The position numbers were made by a program, and so were the translations under genes. Below are positions 44,690 to 50,557 of a stretch of DNA of 50,557 nt, in pieces (position 1 is the stretch's first letter; every line of letters starts with the position of its first letter). The DNA lies in NCBI GenBank assembly GCA_964524585.1, contig CAZGCX010000001.1, positions 1-50,557 of the forward strand. The letters are read 5' to 3'. The notes below the pieces were generated by a model, which saw nothing but the letters and a program-made list of their open reading frames with translations, searched no databases and was not told the origin of the DNA. Origin of the DNA: an uncultured Anaerolineaceae bacterium. Lineage in GTDB: Bacteria; Chloroflexota; Anaerolineae; Anaerolineales; E44-bin32.

Positions 44690-45462
44690 CGATCGCGGCG
44701 ATCAACCAGCTGCCAGACGACGAGAAGCGCGCTCTTTACGCCCGTTTCGTCCCTCAGGAGCTGCTGGATCAGTTCGGCATCAGCCGAGCGCTGCAGGACG
44801 CGCAGGGAAATTCGCTGGTGAAGTTCTCCTTCAGGCCTGGGAGCACGGACGTCGTGATCGACCTTCGGCACCAAGTCGGCGCCGAAGACCCGCTGCTCTA
44901 TGCGCACTTGACCGACAGCATGAATGGCCAACTGCTGGTGTTGCTCTACATCATCAACGATCCCAGTTCGCCTCGCTTCGACGTCGACCGAATGCCGAAC
45001 GGCACACCGACCGAATTCGGCTCCGCCCGGCGAAATCTACCAGCGGAGCTGGCCGCCATGCAAGCCGGGCTGGCTCCAGGCCAGATCCGCCGCGGATTGC
45101 GCATCCTGCAGCACGCCATTCCGGCTTTTGAGCAGTTTGTGATCCAGGCTGGCCAATCGAACTACTTCGTCGAACCGCTCTACTACCACAACGCCGTGAT
45201 CTTCGAACGATACGGTCTGGCCTACGCCAAAGGGCTGCGACGTATGCAGGAGTTGCACGAGGGTTTTCAGCCCGGCGGCGAGCTGTTGGAGCGATTGGAC
45301 GGATCCACCCTCTTCCGCATGCCCGACCAAGCGGAGTCGATCCGCGGCCGAAGCTGGGCGATCCACGACGGAATTGCCGGCTCCTCCTACACCGACGTGA
45401 CGATGTACAAGCGGATCGGCCACCCCGCCGAGCTCAATACCTTTCCCGGCGCTCGCTGGTAG
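44686..45462 (+). CDS. hypothetical protein (258 aa), translationally coupled to smpB
   Basis: ATGA overlap with the smpB stop. I recognise no family. It is the only gene between smpB and ssrA. Confidence 0.55.
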   Translation: MTIAAINQLPDDEKRALYARFVPQELLDQFGISRALQDAQGNSLVKFSFRPGSTDVVIDLRHQVGAEDPLLYAHLTDSMNGQLLVLLYIINDPSSPRFDVDRMPNGTPTEFGSARRNLPAELAAMQAGLAPGQIRRGLRILQHAIPAFEQFVIQAGQSNYFVEPLYYHNAVIFERYGLAYAKGLRRMQELHEGFQPGGELLERLDGSTLFRMPDQAESIRGRSWAIHDGIAGSSYTDVTMYKRIGHPAELNTFPGARW

Positions 45463-45532
45463 CACGCTCACCCAGGACTACCACGTTCCCCGCAGCATTT
45501 TCCCACCGCCGATCGCTCATACGTTATGTCAA

Positions 45533-45609
45533 TTGCGCATAGCCCAATTCGCCATTTGTGAAGTTGGGCGCGTGCGGTGGATCGGTGAATCATTTATGGC
45601 TATGCGCAA
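45533..45609. repeat. inverted repeat TTGCGCATAGCC ... GGCTATGCGCAA (12/12) enclosing 53 nt, upstream of the ssrA promoter
   Basis: Seen directly. The arms are at 45533-45544 and 45598-45609. The region is relatively AT-rich. Confidence 0.8.
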
Positions 45610-45679
45610 CTGTTGAGACTCACATTGGTCGCCGAGCGGATGCCCCGACCCACTGCCCTACCTGGTTGCCGGACGGCTA

Positions 45680-45688
45680 TGGTAGAAT
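45680..45688 (+). promoter_or_regulatory. extended -10 promoter TGGTAGAAT for ssrA
   Basis: TAGAAT ends 7 nt before the first G of the tmRNA (45696). Confidence 0.55.
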
Positions 45689-45695
45689 CTTGACA

Positions 45696-46093
45696 GGGGA
45701 TGATCGGTTTCGACGAAGACGGTTGGAATCGAGCTGCAAGCCGAGAGGCGCCGAACTCGCAAAATCAGCGCAAAAAACAAGTGCCAAAAGCACAAACTAT
45801 GCGGCTCTTCCGCTCGCTGCGTAAAGCAAACAGCTAAGAGCCCGCCCTCGGAAATGAGGGCACGCCTCCCGGGCCCGTCCCCGACCGGGCACGGTGCAGG
45901 CGGCGCAATGCCGGGGTGCAGCAGACGAGGTCGCTAAGTCTGACTAAGAGGGGCTTTCGGGTCCCAGCGACTGGCCAACGGACCGCCCTGTCAGCCGGGC
46001 GGCCTGCGGCGAGAACACAATAGACTGACCAAGCTTGTAGACGCTCGATCTCTGAAGGCTTCGGACGCGGGTTCGATTCCCGCCATCTCCACC
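45696..46093 (+). ncRNA. ssrA: tmRNA (SsrA), one-piece
   Basis: The 5' GGGGATG pairs with the 3' CATCTCC-ACC, including the G3:U wobble. The tRNA-like 3' end is GGACGCGGGTTCGATTCCCGCC. The internal tag frame ends ...NYAALPLAA-TAA (stop at 45822-45824). It lies directly downstream of smpB. Confidence 0.9.
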
Positions 46094-46099
46094 TTCCGC

Positions 46100-46132
46100 A
46101 GCGCTCGCCAGCCGGCGGGCGCTTCTGTTTGT
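46100..46132 (+). terminator. rho-independent terminator after ssrA
   Basis: AGCGCTCGCC-agcc-GGCGGGCGCT (one G:U pair) followed by TCTGTTTGT. Confidence 0.65.
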
Positions 46133-46139
46133 CAGTTGC

Positions 46140-46796
46140 TCAGATTGGATTGTTAAGTCTAAATCCGTGCCCCCGCACGGTTCGGATGTAATTGTGCTCG
46201 TCGTCGACTTCAGTCAGCCGCTCCCGCAGTCGCCGTACGAGCGCATCAATGGCCTGCTCCGAGACGCCCAGCCCGTGCGAGTCCGGCCAGACCTGCTCCA
46301 CGATCTCTTGCCTGCCCACCACCCGATCGGCGTTCTCGTAGAGCAACTCCAGCAGGCGATATTGCGGTGGGGAAAGCGGCGGCTCAAGCTCGTGCTGACC
46401 GACCCACACCCGATGCGCCCTGGCATCCATCCGAAGCCGTCCGAAGTCCGCCAGATCGACCTGTTTGAGCGGAATGGTTGCCTCGGTTCCCACAAAGATC
46501 AACTTAAGCGCCAGTGCAATCTGCACAATGTCTCCGTCCTGCAGCAGCATGGGTTGATCGATGAGAGTCCCGTTGAGATGAGTCCCATTCTTGCTTCCCA
46601 GGTCTTCCAGCAGGTACCCGCTTTCCGCCCGTCGAATACGCGCGTGGTGCCGCGAGACCTGTCGATCAGGGACAACCAGTTCGCACTCCGCGCCGCGCCC
46701 GATCAGGGTCTCCTCCCGGTCAAGGGTCCAGCGAGATCCGCTAAGTTTTCCGGTCTGGGCAATCAGCACCGGCTGCTCGCCCGTCTCCTGCTTCAT
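46140..46796 (-). CDS. FHA-domain protein fused to an OmpR/PhoB-type winged-helix DNA-binding domain
   Basis: FHA domain: TLIGRG..CELVV.D..VSRHHARI......YLLEDLGSKNGTHLNG. Trans_reg_C domain: LSPPQYRLLELLYENADRVVGRQEIVEQVW......SEQAIDALVRRLRERL.......IRTVRGHGFRL. Confidence 0.8.
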   Translation of the reverse strand: MKQETGEQPVLIAQTGKLSGSRWTLDREETLIGRGAECELVVPDRQVSRHHARIRRAESGYLLEDLGSKNGTHLNGTLIDQPMLLQDGDIVQIALALKLIFVGTEATIPLKQVDLADFGRLRMDARAHRVWVGQHELEPPLSPPQYRLLELLYENADRVVGRQEIVEQVWPDSHGLGVSEQAIDALVRRLRERLTEVDDEHNYIRTVRGHGFRLNNPI

Positions 46797-46827
46797 CGTC
46801 TATGCCAGCCCGCAAATCCCATCTGAG

Positions 46828-46833
46828 TATAAT
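46828..46833 (+). promoter_or_regulatory. candidate -10 box (TGAGTATAAT) for the Ser/Thr kinase gene
   Basis: TATAAT lies 50 nt upstream of ATG 46884. The same 10-mer precedes the NUDIX gene. Its complement (TATACT) could serve the divergent FHA gene. Confidence 0.4.
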
Positions 46834-46883
46834 GACTCCCGCGGGTGGAACTTGGGGGAGTTCGCCCGCCGGTTTTCTGAATC

Positions 46884-47861
46884 ATGGCCACCAACGTCAA
46901 ACCGGGAATCACTCTGCGAGAGCGTTATGTCGTCAGCCAGGTCATTGGCCGCGGCGGCATGGGATCCATCTACCTGGCCGAGGACAACCGCCTTTCTGGC
47001 CGAATCACCGCCATCAAGGAAGTCTTCCAGGCCAAGGACCTGCCGGACGAGCTGCGCGATCAGGGCCGCGAGCAGTTCTACCAGGAGGCCTCGGTGCTGG
47101 CCCGCCTTGATCACCCCAACCTGCCCAAAGTCTCCGATTTCTTCACCGAGCAAGATCGCGACTACCTGGTTATGGACTTTGTTCCGGGCGACGACCTCAA
47201 GTCGTTGATGGACCGCGCCCGCCGGCAGGGAGAGTTTCTCCCCACCGTCGATGTGCTGAAATGGGCGGATCAAATCGTCGATGCGCTCAAGTACCTGCAC
47301 AGCCAGGACCCGCCGGTCATCCATCGAGACATCAAGCCGAGCAACCTCAAGCTGACTCCAAACGGTCTGATCAAGCTGGTGGACTTTGGGCTGGTCAAGC
47401 AGATGGTCCCGGACGAGATGACCGTCACCGTGATTCAGGGGCGCGGCACCGCCACCTACACTCCGTTGGAGCAATACGGCGGAGATACCGGTCACACCGA
47501 TCCTCGGAGCGATCTATATGCGCTCGGTGCGACGCTCTACCATCTACTGACCAACCAGCCGCCGGCGGAGGCCAAGCAGCGATTCCTGCGGCCCAACGCG
47601 CTGCTCCCGCCCAGCGAGATCAATCCCGCCATCGGATCGGCACTGGAGCAAGCGGTGCTGTGGGCAATGGAACTGCACCCGGATCAGCGTCCGCCATCGG
47701 CAGCGGCCCTGGCGGAGGCATTGTCGCAAGGACGACGCCGCAATCCCGAACTGCGATCCAACGGCCGGTTTGCAGTCCGGCTGGACAATGACCTCGATCG
47801 AACTCTGGCCGGTATCGCGCTGGCGCTCCTGGCCGTTGCAATCATCGCTTCCATCGGATAG
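46884..47861 (+). CDS. Hanks-type Ser/Thr protein kinase with a C-terminal TM anchor
   Basis: GRGGMGSIY, AIKE, HRDIKPSNLKL, DFGLVK, and TPLEQ...D.YALG. The C-terminal hydrophobic segment is LAGIALALLAVAIIASIG. Confidence 0.9.
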   Translation: MATNVKPGITLRERYVVSQVIGRGGMGSIYLAEDNRLSGRITAIKEVFQAKDLPDELRDQGREQFYQEASVLARLDHPNLPKVSDFFTEQDRDYLVMDFVPGDDLKSLMDRARRQGEFLPTVDVLKWADQIVDALKYLHSQDPPVIHRDIKPSNLKLTPNGLIKLVDFGLVKQMVPDEMTVTVIQGRGTATYTPLEQYGGDTGHTDPRSDLYALGATLYHLLTNQPPAEAKQRFLRPNALLPPSEINPAIGSALEQAVLWAMELHPDQRPPSAAALAEALSQGRRRNPELRSNGRFAVRLDNDLDRTLAGIALALLAVAIIASIG

Positions 47862-50523
47862 AACCATTGAGCCACAGGTAGCCGGCGCCGCTGACCAGCG
47901 CAGCACCGACGCATGCCAGCAACACCCCGGCAAACACATTCAGCGTATCAACCAGGCTGGCTGAGCCGGGCAACCCCAGCGCCAGATAGTTGTAGCCAAT
48001 CAGCCCGCCACTGACGGTCAGCAGGATCAGCCGTCGTCTTTTGGCCTGCGAGTCGCCGGCCACCGCATTGCCAAGCGCTGACAACGCCGCGATGGCGGGC
48101 AACGCAAGCGCCAGATCCCCGAAACCAATCGAGTGCGCCGCCGGCGTGGTCGCCGGGGGCGGTTCTGCTCCAACCACAGTCGGGGTCGGCTCCGGCGCGG
48201 TTGGGGTCGGCTCCGGGGTATCGGTGACCGACACCGTTGGGGTGATCACGGTGACGATGCCCTCCTGCACGTTGAGCTGCAAGATCTCGGAGACTCGCAC
48301 CGGCTCGCTGGCGGCCTCCACGGTCAGCGTTCCCAAACGATCCAGCGTCACCGATACCTGCGCTACCCCATCTACCGTTGTTGTCTCTTGAGTCACGCCG
48401 GCCGCCTCACCTTGATAGGAGAGCACGAACTCCACCGGCGTGCCATCTGGAACCGAGTTGCCATTGTGATCGAAAATCTGACCGGTCTGCACTTGGACCA
48501 CATCGCCAACCGCGTAGCCGCTTGGCGGCTCGGTCCCCTCGTCGCCTGGCAAACTCAAGGTGATCAATTGCTCCGGATCGGGCGAAGTAGCCTGAATCAG
48601 GTCGTAGCCAACCCCCGGCACACTGACCGGCGGAGCGCCGCTGGTCGACAGCTCCTGGAACAGCAGCCTGGCCGCAACTTCGATGAAGGCATCGGTCTTG
48701 CCATACAGCGCATAGTACAGGTCAATCTTGCTGACGTCGGTCGTGCCGAGATCGTAGGGAACGTCCATGGCGAAAACGACCACGCGCTTGTTGCGCACCA
48801 GGTCTGGCCGACGGTCGAGCAGTGTGAGCAGCGCATTGGATCCGAACACCCGAGGCTCGCTCTTCTGAGCCACGAAAACCAGCCAGTCGGCCGGCCGCAG
48901 GATCTGCTCGACCTCGTCCGGCGAGATCAGCGGGATGGTCGGCGGGCTGCTCGGTGCATCGCCGAGGAACAACGCCAGATCGGCCATCGTGAGCGAGCTC
49001 AGGTTCCAAGCGCCGACCTGGCCAGCGGCCCGGGTTCCATACAGGGCCAGGATGGTGTCTTCCAGCGCAGTCCGGCGCACCCACTGCTCCGTTTCGCAGG
49101 TCGAACACTGCTGTTCGCTGCGCACGTCAGTGATAAACACGATCCGGTCGCCGATCTGTGGTGGACCACCAATGCGGGTGGAAATCTCCTCTACCGACGG
49201 GCTGAGCAGTGTCGCTCCCGCTCGCGCAACGGTCAGCGCAATGCCCGAACTCCCGAAGTCCTGCGGTACGGTCTCCGAGGGCAGCACCGAGTCGATCTGA
49301 AACTCCCCGAACAGGCGCAGTTTGAATCGTAGGATCCGCAATACGGCGTCGTCCACCCGCTGGGCGAAGATCGCGTCATCCCGGTATTTCTCAGCGAAGA
49401 AGCTCAGTGTGCTCTGAATGGTGGTGAGCTGATCTGGGTCGTCGTCGGACTGGAAACTCGACAAGTAGAGCAGATCGTTGCCAGTCAAGAAGGCATCGCG
49501 CGCCACCAGGTGGCCGCGGAAGCTCTGCCCCAGCGACTGGTAGAAGCGGCGCAGCGCCCCCGAGCCAAGCTCACCGCTCATCGTGATTCCGCCGGACGCC
49601 CTCCAGTCGGCAAACGGCTGCAGCTGCATCAACTGACCAAAGGCGTCGGGATCCAGGCCGATCGGCCGGGTGGTATCGCGGATGTTGCCTTGAAAGCCCT
49701 GGTAGCGGATGTGGCCGGTGAGCAGTCCATCCGCGATCGCCGGGTCTGCGCCAGGCGCGCCCTGCGTTACCGCGAAGAACGGGGCCAGCTCAATTTGCTG
49801 CAACTGAATCAGTGACTTGCGAACGGTGGAGGCCTCTTCCTGGATCGGTCGGTCGCTGCCCCCCAGACCCGGGAAGTGCTTGGCAATCACCCCCAGCCGT
49901 CCCTGGGATCCCTGGTGGAGGCCCTCGATATACGCCTCTCCCATCAGACTCACCCAGTACGGGTCGCCACCGAAAGTCCGTACTCCCAGGTCGCCCAGGC
50001 CAAGCTGGCGCGGGTCTTCTAGCACGTCCAACGACGGCCCCAGCAATAGATTGAAGCCAACTGACGCCAACTCTGACCCGAGCACCCTACCCACTTCGCG
50101 TGCCCTCACCGGGTCCCAGGTCGCGCCAATCGCCATCTCGGGCGGAAGGGTTGAGAGTCCGCTCATGATTTCGGAGTACGGAGGGCCATTCCCTTCTTGA
50201 GTCAGGCCGATCAGCAGCGGCACGTAGACCCCAGGGATCTCGCTGGCAGTTGCGGCATCCAGCGCGGCCCGTTGCAGGGCCTCGATCAGCCCTCGGGCAG
50301 CATCGATCGTGCCTTCCGGCCCCACGAAATTGCCGTTGGACGAGCGCAGGACCACCCCGGACACGTGGCCGGATCCGATCAGGTCGAGAATTGGACTTTC
50401 GGCCGTCGGGTTGGACCCGCGGAAAGTGACGACAATCAGCTGGCCGACCCGCTCTTCCGGGCTCATCGCCGCCAAGAGAGTGTCGGCAAGATCACCCGAC
50501 GGAGCGGCGTACATGGTCAACAA
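47842..50523 (-). CDS. glycoside hydrolase family 3 (NagZ/beta-N-acetylhexosaminidase-like) protein with a PT-rich linker and C-terminal TM anchors
   Basis: GH3 N-domain motifs EERVGQLIVV, GFNLLLGPSLDV and KHFPGLGGSD. The PT-rich linker is TDTPEPTPTAPEPTPT and 3-4 C-terminal hydrophobic segments follow. It converges on and overlaps the kinase gene end by 20 nt. Confidence 0.8.
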   Translation of the reverse strand: MLTMYAAPSGDLADTLLAAMSPEERVGQLIVVTFRGSNPTAESPILDLIGSGHVSGVVLRSSNGNFVGPEGTIDAARGLIEALQRAALDAATASEIPGVYVPLLIGLTQEGNGPPYSEIMSGLSTLPPEMAIGATWDPVRAREVGRVLGSELASVGFNLLLGPSLDVLEDPRQLGLGDLGVRTFGGDPYWVSLMGEAYIEGLHQGSQGRLGVIAKHFPGLGGSDRPIQEEASTVRKSLIQLQQIELAPFFAVTQGAPGADPAIADGLLTGHIRYQGFQGNIRDTTRPIGLDPDAFGQLMQLQPFADWRASGGITMSGELGSGALRRFYQSLGQSFRGHLVARDAFLTGNDLLYLSSFQSDDDPDQLTTIQSTLSFFAEKYRDDAIFAQRVDDAVLRILRFKLRLFGEFQIDSVLPSETVPQDFGSSGIALTVARAGATLLSPSVEEISTRIGGPPQIGDRIVFITDVRSEQQCSTCETEQWVRRTALEDTILALYGTRAAGQVGAWNLSSLTMADLALFLGDAPSSPPTIPLISPDEVEQILRPADWLVFVAQKSEPRVFGSNALLTLLDRRPDLVRNKRVVVFAMDVPYDLGTTDVSKIDLYYALYGKTDAFIEVAARLLFQELSTSGAPPVSVPGVGYDLIQATSPDPEQLITLSLPGDEGTEPPSGYAVGDVVQVQTGQIFDHNGNSVPDGTPVEFVLSYQGEAAGVTQETTTVDGVAQVSVTLDRLGTLTVEAASEPVRVSEILQLNVQEGIVTVITPTVSVTDTPEPTPTAPEPTPTVVGAEPPPATTPAAHSIGFGDLALALPAIAALSALGNAVAGDSQAKRRRLILLTVSGGLIGYNYLALGLPGSASLVDTLNVFAGVLLACVGAALVSGAGYLWLNGSIRWKR

Positions 50524-50557
50524 CCCAAAACACAGCGCGGCCCGCGCTAGTCGGATC

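Noticed and set aside
44900-44912. Additional 9-nt partial copy (CTATGCGCA) of the TGCGCATAGCC word inside the 258-aa gene.
   Set aside because: A 9-mer match is expected by chance at this window size, and it lies within coding sequence, unlike the other copies.
45558-45824. 88-aa ORF ending ...NYAALPLAA.
   Set aside because: It is not a protein gene. It is the upstream spacer read into the tmRNA and its tag reading frame.
41712-46093. Xer-type recombinase near tmRNA as a sign of an integrated genomic island.
   Set aside because: I found no duplicated tmRNA or tRNA 3' segment (att repeat). There are no phage, conjugation or transposase genes. The genes in between (HD-GYP regulator, smpB) look like core genes. 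The recombinase is most simply a chromosomal XerC/D-family enzyme. A whole-genome comparison would be needed to exclude a degraded island.

Overview
Visibly GC-rich, densely coded bacterial chromosomal segment with about 45 protein genes, one tRNA-Leu and one tmRNA. I saw no rRNA, CRISPR array, transposase or prophage genes.

Most of the window is housekeeping:
- scpB-rluB, sucCD-rsmD, plsX-fabF, ftsZ, trmFO, hflX, smpB-ssrA.
- A UDP-glucuronate decarboxylase/GtrA pair, a YdiJ-like FAD/Fe-S oxidoreductase, a Xer-type recombinase, an HD-GYP response regulator, an FHA-wHTH regulator with a Ser/Thr kinase, and a GH3 hydrolase.

Several traits suggest a Chloroflexota-like genome, but this is low-confidence inference. 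They are -10 boxes only 6-9 nt from start codons (leaderless mRNAs), ftsZ without ftsA/ftsQ, and giant TPR and PMT-like/NHL proteins.

The stand-out is the minus-strand block 20.4-35.5 kb. In transcription order it holds rpoN, a PAS/GAF histidine kinase and a sigma-54 activator lacking a DNA-binding domain. These are followed by a small membrane protein, a 1668-aa all-TPR protein and an 863-aa TPR + clan-CD (C25/caspase-like) peptidase. A 416-aa unknown protein overlapping the ftsZ start, and then ftsZ, complete the block.

Three exact TGGCAC-N5-TTGCA sigma-54 promoters sit directly upstream of rpoN, of the membrane/TPR/peptidase operon, and of the unknown-ftsZ pair. Together they suggest a self-contained, autoregulated sigma-54 circuit feeding a TPR-protease module and ftsZ.

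Other unexplained structure:
- An 83-bp tandem repeat that duplicates a gene end and a gene start.
- A 17-bp x5 tandem repeat plus a long inverted repeat upstream of hflX.
- A recurring intergenic word, TGCGCATAGCC.

Small-motif coordinates were anchored to ORF-track coordinates by hand and could be off by 1-2 nt.
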